Positions 49,073-58,788 of a DNA stretch of 64,000 nt are shown in pieces. The notes under the pieces were generated by a model. It had not been told where the DNA came from and searched no databases. It worked only from the letters and a program-made list of their open reading frames with translations. The translations under genes and the position numbers were made by a program. The DNA comes from an uncultured Alphaproteobacteria bacterium (lineage in GTDB: Bacteria > Pseudomonadota > Alphaproteobacteria > Rhizobiales > Xanthobacteraceae). The stretch's first letter is position 1; every line of letters begins with the position of its first letter. Location: NCBI GenBank assembly GCA_963719745.1, contig CAVRDC010000019.1, forward strand, positions 155,941-219,940, read 5' to 3'.

Positions 49073-50628
49073 TCCGTCAGCCGCAGGTCGGCCGACCGAG
49101 CAGTCCGCGTGATAAGGTCAGAACCCTGGCCGAGGTGGCGGCTGCATGCGAGCAGGCGAGGCGCGCTGGCCAGACCGTCGTTCAGGCGCATGGCACGTTC
49201 GATCTTCTGCATCTCGGGCATGTCCGCCACCTCGAGGCGGCCCGCAAGGTTGGCGATGTGCTGATCGTCACGGTCACGGCCGATCGCTTCGTCAACAAGG
49301 GGCCGGGCCGGCCGGTGTTCAACGCCGAGCTGCGCGCCGAGATGCTGGCGACGCTCGAATATGTCGATTGGGTGGCCATCAACGACGCCGCCGACGCGGT
49401 CAGCGCGATCGAGCGCATCCGGCCGTCGATCTACATCAAAGGGCAGGACTATCAGAATCCGCAGGGTGACATCACCGGCAAGATCTCGCTTGAGCGCGAC
49501 GCGGTCGAGGCTCATGGCGGACGGATTCATTTCACCGACGAGGTAACGTTCAGCTCCACCGAATTGATCAACCGCCACCTCAACGTCTTCGAGCCGCACA
49601 TCCGCGAGCATCTCGACACGGTGCGTCAGAATGGCGGATTGGACGAATTGTGTGGCCTGATCGATTCCGTCGCGGACTACCGCGTGCTCATCGTCGGCGA
49701 CGCCATTATCGACGAGTACCAGTATGTGCTGCCAATGCACAAGACGCCGAAGGAGAACATGATCGCGACGCGCTATCAGGATCGCGAACTGTTTGCCGGC
49801 GGCGTGTTCGCGGCGGCCAATCACGTGGCGTCGTTCTGCAAACAGGTCGACATTATTACCTGCCTCGGTGACTCCGACAGCCACGACGACCTGATCCGCC
49901 AGAGCCTCAAACCGAATGTGGGGCTCAAATCGTTCACGCGCTCCGGCGCCCCGACCACGCTCAAGCGCCGCTTCGTCGACCCCTCGTACATGCGCAAGCT
50001 GTTCGAGGTGTATTTCATGAACGACGAATCGCTGACGCCTGATGTTCAGGGCGCCGTTGACCGGGCGATCGCCGATGTGGCGGCGGACTATGATGTCGTC
50101 ATTGCTGCCGATTTCGGTCACGGCCTGATCGCTGCGTCATCGATTGACGCGCTGACTTCAAATTCGCGGTTCCTAGCCGTGAATACCCAAAGCAACAGCG
50201 CCAATCTCGGCTACAATCTCATCACCAAGTATGGCCGCGCCGATTACATCTGCATCGACGCTCCCGAAGCCCGTCTCGCAGTGAGCGATCGTATCTCCAA
50301 TGTGGGCGACATCGCGCGTCGGCTGGCCGAGGATCACATCGATTGTTCGAAGATTATCGTCACTCAGGGAAAGCACGGCTGCGTTACCTTTGAGAGCGGC
50401 GGCATCGTGCATACCATCCCGGCTTTCGCCAAGAATGTGGTGGACACGGTTGGCGCGGGCGACGCCTTCCTCGCGGTGAGCGCGCCGCTCGTGGCGGCTG
50501 GCGCCCCGATGAGCCACGTTGGGTTCATTGGCAATGTCGTAGGGGCGCTTAAGGTCGAAATCGTCGGTCATCGGCGTTCGATCGAGAAGGCGGCATTGAT
50601 CAAGGGCATCACCGGTCTTCTCAAATAG
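49048..50628 (+). CDS. Bifunctional cytidylyl/adenylyltransferase-like domain (N-terminal) + PfkB-family sugar kinase (C-terminal); HldE-like with inverted domain order
   Basis: HGTFDLLHLGHVRHLEAARKVGDVLIVTVTAD..VNKGPGRPV (HxGH nucleotidyltransferase), then a ribokinase-fold region ending DTVGAGDAF. 526 aa, uninterrupted. Confidence 0.75.
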   Translation: MDSGVAKLIRQPQVGRPSSPRDKVRTLAEVAAACEQARRAGQTVVQAHGTFDLLHLGHVRHLEAARKVGDVLIVTVTADRFVNKGPGRPVFNAELRAEMLATLEYVDWVAINDAADAVSAIERIRPSIYIKGQDYQNPQGDITGKISLERDAVEAHGGRIHFTDEVTFSSTELINRHLNVFEPHIREHLDTVRQNGGLDELCGLIDSVADYRVLIVGDAIIDEYQYVLPMHKTPKENMIATRYQDRELFAGGVFAAANHVASFCKQVDIITCLGDSDSHDDLIRQSLKPNVGLKSFTRSGAPTTLKRRFVDPSYMRKLFEVYFMNDESLTPDVQGAVDRAIADVAADYDVVIAADFGHGLIAASSIDALTSNSRFLAVNTQSNSANLGYNLITKYGRADYICIDAPEARLAVSDRISNVGDIARRLAEDHIDCSKIIVTQGKHGCVTFESGGIVHTIPAFAKNVVDTVGAGDAFLAVSAPLVAAGAPMSHVGFIGNVVGALKVEIVGHRRSIEKAALIKGITGLLK

Positions 50629-50651
50629 GCAGACTACAGGAGGCGAGACAC

Positions 50652-51245
50652 GTGCGCGAACAGTTGAATCGGTACTTTAGAACGTTGGCTGAGCTTCTGC
50701 ACGGTGCCGAGGTGACCGATCGCGCATCGAACGCGCTGCCGCTCGACGAAGGCTGCGAATGGGTGCGCAAGGCGGCCCACGAAACGCACGATTCCGGCAA
50801 CAAGATCATGTTCGTCGGCAACGGCGGCAGCGCCGGTATCTCGAGCCACCTCGCCATCGACTTTTCGAAGAATGGCGGTCTGCGCGCGCTCGCGTTCAAC
50901 GATCCGTCGGCGCTCACCTGCCTCGGTAACGACCTCGGGTACGATAATGTGTTCGCCAAGCAACTCGACTTCCACGCCCATCCTGGCGATCTTTTGATCG
51001 CGATTTCGAGCTCCGGCCGATCGCCGAACATCCTCGCCGCGGTCAGGACCGCGAGGACCCGCGACTGCAAAGTCGTAACGTTTTCCGGGTTCACAGCGGA
51101 GAATGAATTGCGGCGCACCGGTGATGTCAATTTTTTCATCCGCTCCCGTGAATACGGCTTTGTCGAAGTCGCGCACTTAGCGCTCTGCCACGCCGTTTTG
51201 GATATCGATATGGGCTGGGGACGGCAGGCCGCGGCCGCCGAGTAG
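50652..51245 (+). CDS. gmhA: SIS-domain sedoheptulose-7-phosphate isomerase-like protein (GmhA-like)
   Basis: KIMFVGNGGSAGISSHLAIDF..DLLIAISSSGRSPNIL..VVTFSG. Size (197 aa) and context fit. GTG start. Confidence 0.65.
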   Translation: MREQLNRYFRTLAELLHGAEVTDRASNALPLDEGCEWVRKAAHETHDSGNKIMFVGNGGSAGISSHLAIDFSKNGGLRALAFNDPSALTCLGNDLGYDNVFAKQLDFHAHPGDLLIAISSSGRSPNILAAVRTARTRDCKVVTFSGFTAENELRRTGDVNFFIRSREYGFVEVAHLALCHAVLDIDMGWGRQAAAAE

Positions 51246-51271
51246 AGCAGAAGAACGGATTGGAAGGAACG

Positions 51272-52270
51272 ATGGGCAAGCGATTTGAACGCGTCTTGGT
51301 CACCGGTGGCGCCGGCTATGTTGGTTCAAACTTGGTACCCAAGCTGCTCGACGCCGGCTACGAAGTCTCCGTCCTTGATCTTTACATTTATGGCGACGTT
51401 TTCGCCGACCTCAACGCCAAGGATAAACTCCGACAGATCAAAGGCGACCTGCGCAACCCCGATGATGTAAGCCGCGCTTTGTCCGGCTGCGATGCCGTCA
51501 TCCATCTTGCGTGCATTTCCAACGATCCGTCGTTCGACCTTAATCCCGATCTCGGCAGGTCGATCAATTTCGATTGCTTCCGGCCACTCGTCCGCGCGTC
51601 CAAGGACGCCGGCGTCAAACGCTTCATCTACGCCTCGTCATCGTCGGTGTACGGCATTAAGGACGAGATGGACGTCACAGAGGATCTGCCACTGGTTCCG
51701 CTTACCGACTATTCAAAATACAAGGCGATGTGCGAGGAAGTGCTGGAAGAAGAGCGCGAACCCGACTTTGTCGCCGTGACGGTGCGGCCGGCGACCGTTT
51801 GCGGCTACGCGCCGCGGCTGCGCCTTGACCTGACGGTGAACATTCTCACCAATCATGCCATTAACAACGGCCGCATCACCGTCTTTGGCGGCGATCAGTT
51901 GCGTCCAAACATTCACGTCGAGGACATGACCGATCTCTACTTGATGTTGCTCGATCAGCCGGACGAGGCGATCAATGGCAAGACTTGGAATGCCGGCTAT
52001 CACAATCTCAAAGTCCGTGCCATCGCTGATATGGTCCGCGATGAGGTTGGGCCCAAGGTCAACATCGTCGTGACCCCGACCGACGATCACCGGTCCTATC
52101 ACGTCTCGTCCGAGAAGATCCGGCGCGACATCGGATTTGTCGCCGAGCGCACGGTGAAGGATGCGATCGTCGATTTAAAAACCGCTTTTTTGGTCGGTAA
52201 AGTTCCGAATGCGATGACTGATGATCGTTATTACAATATCAAGCGGATGCAGGCGCTCAAACTGAGATGA
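51272..52270 (+). CDS. NAD-dependent epimerase/dehydratase (SDR)
   Basis: VLVTGGAGYVGSNLVPKLL, ASSSSVYG, YSKYKAMCE (YxxxK). ATG preceded by GGAAGGA. Confidence 0.75.
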   Translation: MGKRFERVLVTGGAGYVGSNLVPKLLDAGYEVSVLDLYIYGDVFADLNAKDKLRQIKGDLRNPDDVSRALSGCDAVIHLACISNDPSFDLNPDLGRSINFDCFRPLVRASKDAGVKRFIYASSSSVYGIKDEMDVTEDLPLVPLTDYSKYKAMCEEVLEEEREPDFVAVTVRPATVCGYAPRLRLDLTVNILTNHAINNGRITVFGGDQLRPNIHVEDMTDLYLMLLDQPDEAINGKTWNAGYHNLKVRAIADMVRDEVGPKVNIVVTPTDDHRSYHVSSEKIRRDIGFVAERTVKDAIVDLKTAFLVGKVPNAMTDDRYYNIKRMQALKLR

Positions 52271-55179
52271 ACAAGGTCGAAAGGCTGGCGCAAGAGGATG
52301 CGGTGCGGCCGATCTCATCCACGACCGCGCCCCGTCGACAGCCGCCGAAGCGGGTGACGCTACTATTGCCGGTTTGGGGTTACGGTTACCTCCGCCAATT
52401 CCTCACATACGGTCTACCGACGCTGCTAGCGCCGGGTAATGTGCCCGCGCTGGCAGCAGCGCTGCCGACCGAGTTCATCATCCTGGCTAGCGTCCAGGAT
52501 CAGGAGTACATCCGAGAACACTCAAATTTCCAACAGCTTGCCGCCGTTTGCAAGACCGAGATCCGGTCGATCGACCATCTGATCACCGACGGCAACTATT
52601 CCACCACGATCACGCTTGCCTATACCGAGGCAGTGCGCGCCGCCGGCGAGGCAATGGTCGATACCTGCTTCTTCTTCCTGGTGTCCGATTACATCATGGC
52701 AGACGGCTCTCTCGCCAACGCGCTCAAGCGGATGCAGCGGGGGGTAAGCGCAATTACCGTCGGCAATTTTCAGGTTGCAGAAGAAGATGCGCTGCCGTGG
52801 TTGGAAGCTAAGCTGGCAAATAGCAAATCCGGCCTCGCCATAGCGCCACGTGAAATGATGCGCTGGGCGCTCAACCATCTGCACCCGGCTACGCTTGCGA
52901 ATGTGGTCAATATTCCTTTCAGCCACAACACGCACACCAATCGCCTGTTCTGGCGCGTCGATGCCAGCACCATTCTCGGGCGCTTCTATCTCATGCACAT
53001 GCTGTGCGTGCGGCCCGAGACGACGGAATTCATCGTTGGCGCATCCTGCGATTATTCTTTCATTCCGGAAATGTGTCCGTCGGGAAACGTCGAAGCGATC
53101 CCCGACTCTGATGAATACCTAGTCATTGAATTGCAGCCGCTCAAACACGAGTTGGCGTTCCTGCGTCCAGGGCCCCTTACCCTCCGCCCTCTCGCGAAGA
53201 GCTTGAGCGAATGGACCACGCACACGCAACGCCAGAATGTCAAGCATTCGGTGGTGTTTCACGCCGGCGAGCTTCCAGCGCAATTGAGTAGCAAGGTCGC
53301 CGAGGCCGATGATTTCGTTGATCGCGTCTCGCTTCTCCTGAAGCGCAAGCCATTGCCCTATAGGGGTCATCCCTACTGGCGCGGCGCCATGGCTACGTTT
53401 TATGACGCTACCGGACGTAAGCTGAACGAAGACGAATGGCGTTACGCGCTGGGCCTGCCGGCCAGCGAGGATCGCGTCACGCAGTGGCTGCTGTGGCAAG
53501 CCAAATTTTATATCCTGGGCCGGCCTCCGCACGTGCTGCCTTGGCATCCCGCGTGGCCCGACTTCAAAGTCATGCTTGGCCAGCTAGAACGTTTCTTTAC
53601 GGATCCCAAAGTGCGTCTATTGCTGTTGTCGAATGAGACAACTGCCTTCAGTGTAGCACTCGCCGACAGCGGCGAGCGGGTGCAGCGGCTGCGCTGTGCA
53701 ACGTTCTTGCAAAGTCCCGCCGAGCGCTACGCGCCTCTGCACGGGAAATTCGACCTTTGCCTGCTCGAGCTTCACGAGCCCGACCTGCGGAATGGAAAGG
53801 AGCTCATGGACCGAATTGTGCCGCTGATGAAGAATGGCGGGCAGGTTATTGTTTCCGTACCGAACAGCCGCGTGATCGACAGAGCAGGCGAGTTTGGCTT
53901 CAGCATGGCATTCCTAAGTCCGCGGTTTGTGCGGTCTGGCGCCATTCCGACTGAGACTCACTATGTGCCGGCGAATATGGCGCGCAGAATAGCGCGCCGC
54001 GGAATGTTCAATTTACGGCGCCTCATGAGACGGACTCCTTGGATGAGCGCGCCCCTTGTGGTGATCGGGGGTGGAGTGCTGCTGGCGCTTTCGTTCGTAG
54101 GCAACGTGGATGCGTTTCGGGCGACGCGGGTGACGCGGCACACAAGTATGCGTGGTCATAAATCGAGTTTCATCCTGCGCTTAACGGTTGATGCGCCGGA
54201 GAGCAGTGACGCCTTAACCCTGATCAACCAAAGTGCGCAGCAAGAGAGGAGGCGGCGGGAGCTGTACGCCCTCGCGGATGAAAGGCCGCCGCTGGGAAAG
54301 GCTCCGGATGAAGCGCCCAAGCTCCCATATGACCGTTGTTTCGAACTGAAGGAGAAAATGGGCCTCGCGCGTCTCGGTATCGTAACCAATGCGCTATGGT
54401 TTAACGACCCGCGCCGCCTCGCAGCCGTGCTTGCTCGATACGGCTTCGTCGCCAACATGCTGAATGGCTGTCGGGATATCGGCGAGGTCGGTTGCGGCGA
54501 TGCCTTCGCGACGCGCGTAGTGTTGCAGGATGCGGCGCGCGTCACCGTCTATGAGTCTGATTTGAGGTTGGTCGATGACATCCGCCAACGCCGGGATGAG
54601 CGCTGGCCGCTTGAGGCGGAAGTCCACGATATCCTATTGGCGCCGCTGCCTCGTAAGCATCAAGGAGTGTTCAGCCTCGATCTGATTGAGCACGTTGCGC
54701 CCGAAGACGAACACGCATTCCTAACCAATCTGTGCGGATCGCTTGCCGACAAGGGTGTTCTCCTGCTGGGGATGCAGGCCCTGGACTCCAAGAAATCTTC
54801 GACGGCGGTATCGGGTTCCGGCAATCGCAGAAGCGGCAACGAGCTCAAGGCGCTCCTTGGAAATTATTTTGAAAACGTGTTCTTACTTTCCATGAGCGAC
54901 GAGGTTCTTCAGGCCGGCGAAGCGCCAACGGCCGACTATCTATTTGCCCTCTGCACAGCTCCAAAGTGGGAAATGGGGTCGATCCGACGCAGAGGGCGAG
55001 AGGCTCCTCGATTCCAGATTTGCGAGCTTACCGACGGCACTGGATTTTATGTGCAGGCGACGTATCCCAACAGCGAACCGCAAAGGGTTGGTGGCTTCAC
55101 GACTGTCGGCGATGCCGCACGCTGGATCGCCAGCGAGACGCTGGATTGGATTCGCACCGATCGCCCCACATCGCATTGA
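52267..55179 (+). CDS. 970-aa multidomain protein: unassigned N-terminal ~330-aa domain, degenerate methyltransferase-like middle region, one hydrophobic helix, C-terminal class I SAM methyltransferase, small C-terminal tail domain
   Basis: Uninterrupted, with start overlapping the upstream stop. N-terminus VTLLLPVWGYGYLRQFLTYGLPTLLAPGNVPA... Helix MSAPLVVIGGGVLLALSFVGNV. C-terminal methyltransferase IGEVGCGDAFATRVV..LDLIEHV, paralogous to 3277..4003. Tail FQICELTDGTGFYVQATYPNSEPQRVGGFTTVGDAARWI. Confidence 0.6.
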   Translation: MNKVERLAQEDAVRPISSTTAPRRQPPKRVTLLLPVWGYGYLRQFLTYGLPTLLAPGNVPALAAALPTEFIILASVQDQEYIREHSNFQQLAAVCKTEIRSIDHLITDGNYSTTITLAYTEAVRAAGEAMVDTCFFFLVSDYIMADGSLANALKRMQRGVSAITVGNFQVAEEDALPWLEAKLANSKSGLAIAPREMMRWALNHLHPATLANVVNIPFSHNTHTNRLFWRVDASTILGRFYLMHMLCVRPETTEFIVGASCDYSFIPEMCPSGNVEAIPDSDEYLVIELQPLKHELAFLRPGPLTLRPLAKSLSEWTTHTQRQNVKHSVVFHAGELPAQLSSKVAEADDFVDRVSLLLKRKPLPYRGHPYWRGAMATFYDATGRKLNEDEWRYALGLPASEDRVTQWLLWQAKFYILGRPPHVLPWHPAWPDFKVMLGQLERFFTDPKVRLLLLSNETTAFSVALADSGERVQRLRCATFLQSPAERYAPLHGKFDLCLLELHEPDLRNGKELMDRIVPLMKNGGQVIVSVPNSRVIDRAGEFGFSMAFLSPRFVRSGAIPTETHYVPANMARRIARRGMFNLRRLMRRTPWMSAPLVVIGGGVLLALSFVGNVDAFRATRVTRHTSMRGHKSSFILRLTVDAPESSDALTLINQSAQQERRRRELYALADERPPLGKAPDEAPKLPYDRCFELKEKMGLARLGIVTNALWFNDPRRLAAVLARYGFVANMLNGCRDIGEVGCGDAFATRVVLQDAARVTVYESDLRLVDDIRQRRDERWPLEAEVHDILLAPLPRKHQGVFSLDLIEHVAPEDEHAFLTNLCGSLADKGVLLLGMQALDSKKSSTAVSGSGNRRSGNELKALLGNYFENVFLLSMSDEVLQAGEAPTADYLFALCTAPKWEMGSIRRRGREAPRFQICELTDGTGFYVQATYPNSEPQRVGGFTTVGDAARWIASETLDWIRTDRPTSH

Positions 55180-55181
55180 CC

Positions 55182-55808
55182 ATGGCATTAGAACTGCGCA
55201 TCGGCATCGACTTCGACAACACCATTATCACCTACGACGAGGTGTTCTGCGCGGCGGCCAAGCGCGGCGGAATGATCGACGATGGGTTTGTCGGGCGGAA
55301 GCAAGCAGTACGCGACGCCATTCGTCTACAACCGGGTGGCGAGCTTGCGTGGCAGCGATTGCAGGGTCAGGTCTACAGCAAGGGAATTACCGGAGCTGGC
55401 ATGGTGCCAGGTGTCGAAGCTTTCTTGAGGCGCTGTCGGGTCGAGGGATGCATGGTTGCGATCGTCAGTCACAAGACGGAATTCGGCCATGACGATCCGG
55501 ATCGGGTAAATTTGCGCAAAGCGGCGCTCGACTGGATGACGAGCAAGGGCTTGTTCGACATCCATGCCGTGGCGCCGGAAAACGTCTACTTTGAAAGCAC
55601 GCGTGAGGAGAAAATCGGACGCATCGCGATGCTCGCCTTGACCCACTTCATCGACGACTTGGAGGAGGTGCTGACCGACCCCGGCTTCCCGGCGAATATC
55701 AAGCGCATTCTATTCGCTGGCGGAGAGCCTATGCCAGCGGCGCCTTATGTCGTCTGCCGAACCTGGCAAGATATCGAGCACCAGGTCTTTGGCGGAGCGA
55801 GCCATTGA
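55182..55808 (+). CDS. HAD-superfamily phosphatase
   Basis: IGIDFDNTI (DxDxT motif I), VAIVSHKT (motif II-like), FIDD (motif IV-like). ATG 3 nt after the upstream stop. Confidence 0.6.
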   Translation: MALELRIGIDFDNTIITYDEVFCAAAKRGGMIDDGFVGRKQAVRDAIRLQPGGELAWQRLQGQVYSKGITGAGMVPGVEAFLRRCRVEGCMVAIVSHKTEFGHDDPDRVNLRKAALDWMTSKGLFDIHAVAPENVYFESTREEKIGRIAMLALTHFIDDLEEVLTDPGFPANIKRILFAGGEPMPAAPYVVCRTWQDIEHQVFGGASH

Positions 55809-56830
55809 GCGCGCTCGACCAAGGCTTGATGCAGGCGACCGAAGTGGCGCGCGGACTCGTCGATGGCCCAGTTGAAGTGAGCCGTTTTGCAGGTGGCGGA
55901 CGCAATAGCCGCATTTGGCTAGTCCGAAGCGGCGAGCACGCGTTCGCGCTCAAGCAGTACCCGCCGCGCCGGAACGACCCGCGCGACCGGCTTTCGACAG
56001 AGGTCGCTGCGCTTCGGCTGATGGAACGTCATCGCGTCGAAAACGTTCCGCGCGTCATCGGCGTTGACGGCGAACGCGGCTATGCGCTTTTGAGCTGGCT
56101 TGATGGCCGCGACGTCGTCGAGGTGAGAGACGCCGACATTGACGCCGCGGTCGTATTTCTTGCCTCCATCCATCAGCTGCGAACGGCGCCTTGGGCGATC
56201 GAGCAGCCGCTCGCGGCCGAGGCCTGCTTGTGCGGCGATGAGATTGAACGCCAGATCAGGCAGCGTTTGACCGGGTTAATGGGCCTCGCTCGCGGAGAGG
56301 GAGAACTCTTTGATTTCCTTGAGGGTTCCTTTTCCGTCCATCTCGCCGAGGCCGGTCCGCGGGCACGTAAAAAGGCGGCGATGACCGGCCTTGATTTTGC
56401 TGCTGAACTCCCGCAGGAATGGCGGAGCTTGGTGCCATCCGACTTCGGCTTTCACAACAGCTTGCGCCGAAGCGATGGTTCGCTGGCGTTCGTCGACTTC
56501 GAATATTTTGGCTGGGACGATCCCGTGAAGCTGACCGCCGATATCCTGCTACATCCGGGCAGAACGCTTTTGCCGGCCCAGCGCACCGCATTCCGGAAGG
56601 CGGCATCCCGCCTTTACAGGGACGATTTTGGCTTTGCCTCCCGGTTGTCGGCCTATCTGCCGTTATTTGGTCTGCGCTGGGTCCTCATCCTGCTCAACGA
56701 GTTTATCCCCGAGCGCTGGCAGCGGCGTGTGCTTGCCGGTGACGGCGGGAGTTGGAGCGACGCCAAAACGCAGCAACTCGCTCGGGCACGCGAGTTCCTG
56801 GCGTCGTTGGCTGAGAAGGTGGAGGATTAG
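55805..56830 (+). CDS. Aminoglycoside/choline-kinase-like (APH family) phosphotransferase
   Basis: Brenner/APH motif region PSDFGFHNSLRRSDGSLAFVDFEYFGWDDP. TTG start overlaps the upstream stop. Confidence 0.6.
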   Translation: MSALDQGLMQATEVARGLVDGPVEVSRFAGGGRNSRIWLVRSGEHAFALKQYPPRRNDPRDRLSTEVAALRLMERHRVENVPRVIGVDGERGYALLSWLDGRDVVEVRDADIDAAVVFLASIHQLRTAPWAIEQPLAAEACLCGDEIERQIRQRLTGLMGLARGEGELFDFLEGSFSVHLAEAGPRARKKAAMTGLDFAAELPQEWRSLVPSDFGFHNSLRRSDGSLAFVDFEYFGWDDPVKLTADILLHPGRTLLPAQRTAFRKAASRLYRDDFGFASRLSAYLPLFGLRWVLILLNEFIPERWQRRVLAGDGGSWSDAKTQQLARAREFLASLAEKVED

Positions 56831-56833
56831 CGT

Positions 56834-57679
56834 ATGGCGTTGGTCTCGGCAGCGCAAGCGCTCGACCTGGTAACGCCGCCGCTTGATGAGCGCTCGAAAT
56901 ATTTGCGCCGGCTTGTGGTGCGCACGCTGCAGGGCGGCGAGCGCGGTCACGTCGGGTCCTCAATGTCGCTCATCGAGATCATGCGCGTCCTGTATGACGA
57001 CGTGTTGCGCTTCCGTCCACAGGAGCCGAAATGGTCGGGGCGCGACCGCATGATCCTGAGCAAGGGGCATGGCTGCATAGCACAATATGTCATGCTCGCC
57101 GAAAAGGGCTTCATTCCCTACGAGACGCTCGACACCTTCTGCCGGCGCGATTCCATTCTCGGCGGTCACCCGGAGGCTTCGAAGATTCCCGGCGTCGAGG
57201 CTTCGACCGGGGCGCTCGGGCACGGCCTTTCCTATGGCGTTGGGATGGCGTTGGCGGCGCGCATCGAGAGGCGCGATACCCGCATCATCGTGGTGATGGG
57301 TGACGGTGAAATCAATGAAGGCTCGGTGTGGGAAGCAGCGCTCTGCGCCGGCAAGCACAGGCTTGCGAACCTCACCGCGGTCATTGACTACAACAAGATC
57401 CAGTCCGCCGGCCCGACTCGGGAAATCCAGGACTTGGAGCCGCTGGTCGACAAGTGGCGTGCGTTCAACCTCGCCACCGTCGAAGTCGACGGTCACAACG
57501 TCGAGGCGCTTCGCGAGGCCTTCCGGAGTCTGCCGCTCGCTAGCGATCGGCCCAGCGCCATCATCTGTCACACCGTCAAGGGCAAAGGCATCGCATTCGC
57601 GGAGAATGACGCTAACTGGCACCACAAATCGAAGATCGCCAACGACGTGGTGACCAAGCTCTATGCCGCCCTGGAGTAA
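56834..57679 (+). CDS. Transketolase, N-terminal (TPP-binding) subunit
   Basis: GHVGSSMSLIEIM..ILSKGHG..GGHPE..GVEASTGALGHGLSYGVGMA..VVMGDGEINEGSVWEA..VIDYNKIQ. Confidence 0.9.
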   Translation: MALVSAAQALDLVTPPLDERSKYLRRLVVRTLQGGERGHVGSSMSLIEIMRVLYDDVLRFRPQEPKWSGRDRMILSKGHGCIAQYVMLAEKGFIPYETLDTFCRRDSILGGHPEASKIPGVEASTGALGHGLSYGVGMALAARIERRDTRIIVVMGDGEINEGSVWEAALCAGKHRLANLTAVIDYNKIQSAGPTREIQDLEPLVDKWRAFNLATVEVDGHNVEALREAFRSLPLASDRPSAIICHTVKGKGIAFAENDANWHHKSKIANDVVTKLYAALE

Positions 57680-57682
57680 AGC

Positions 57683-58633
57683 ATGCGCGCTACTTGCCTC
57701 AATATGGTCCATGATCTCGCCAAGCGGGACAAACGCGTATTGTTCATTGGCTCCGATCTGAGCCCTGGCTTGCTTGCCGAGATGCGCAAGGAAATGCCTG
57801 AGCGCTGGTACATGGAGGGCATTACCGAAGCGAACGTTATTGGCATGGCCGCCGGCTTCGCGATGGAGGGATATGTTCCGTACGTCAATACGATCGCGAC
57901 ATTCATCACCCGCCGTTGTTACGAGCAGGTCGCCGTCGATCTCTGTCTGCACGAATTGCCGGTGCGGCTGATCGGCAATGGCGGCGGTCTGGTCTATGCG
58001 CCGCTCGGCCCGACCCATCTCGCCATCGAGGATATCGCCATCATGCGAGCCCTGCCGAACATGGCGGTGACGGCAGTATGCGATGCCAAGGAAATGGTGC
58101 GGCTGATGAACGGCACCCTCGATTGGCCGCATCCGATCTACATCCGCCTTGCCAAGGGCGGCGATCCGATTGTCAGCCGCGAGGAGAACGGCTTCACCTT
58201 CGGCAAGGCGATCCCGATGCGGCGTGCCCGCTCACGGCGCTCGATCGTGTTGATGGCGACCGGCGTGATGACCACCAATAGTTTGGCGGCGGCCGACTTG
58301 CTGGCGAAAGAGGGCCATGATGTTTCTGTGGTGCACTTCCACACCATCAAGCCGCTTGACGAAGAGGCCGTACTGGAATTTTCGCGCGACGCCGAGCTGG
58401 TCGTGACGGTGGAGGAGGGGACGCGGATTGGAGGGTTTGGTAGCGCGGTCACGGATGTCCTTGTCGAGAATCTCGGCACCGCATTGCCGCCCATAATGCG
58501 CATCGGTCTTCCCGACGCCTTCCCGCACAAGTATGGGTTGCAGGAAGAGCTTTTCGAGGTCTACGGGCTAGCGCCCGTTCAGATCGCGGGACGAGTGGGC
58601 AAATCATTGGCGGCAAAGGAAAAAGTGGCCTAA
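57683..58633 (+). CDS. Transketolase, C-terminal (pyrimidine-binding) subunit
   Basis: ERWYMEGITEANVIGMAAGFAMEGYVPYVNTIATF..GGLVYAPLGPTHLAIEDIAIMRALPNM..IRLAKG..VVHFHTIKPLD. Confidence 0.9.
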   Translation: MRATCLNMVHDLAKRDKRVLFIGSDLSPGLLAEMRKEMPERWYMEGITEANVIGMAAGFAMEGYVPYVNTIATFITRRCYEQVAVDLCLHELPVRLIGNGGGLVYAPLGPTHLAIEDIAIMRALPNMAVTAVCDAKEMVRLMNGTLDWPHPIYIRLAKGGDPIVSREENGFTFGKAIPMRRARSRRSIVLMATGVMTTNSLAAADLLAKEGHDVSVVHFHTIKPLDEEAVLEFSRDAELVVTVEEGTRIGGFGSAVTDVLVENLGTALPPIMRIGLPDAFPHKYGLQEELFEVYGLAPVQIAGRVGKSLAAKEKVA

Positions 58634-58788
58634 TCGCGGATTATTCAAGGGGCCGCAGAAGCCGCTGGTCCCCGCAGTCCGCCCACCCTCGCGCACGGGG
58701 CCGGCTGGATGCCATCGAAGCGCTAACCGCGATGGCGGCAAGCGAGCCCCGATACGTGACGCCGCATGTGATTCCCGTGTTCGCGGGA

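Noticed and set aside
49054-50121. Long antisense ORFs opposite clearly homologous genes (e.g. 49054..50121, 56960..58132, 40861..41604, 63020..63712, 500..895, 28645..29349)
   Set aside because: These are typical high-GC shadow ORFs. Their translations are Arg/Ala/Gly/Asp-rich with no family motifs, while the opposite strand encodes strongly recognisable proteins.
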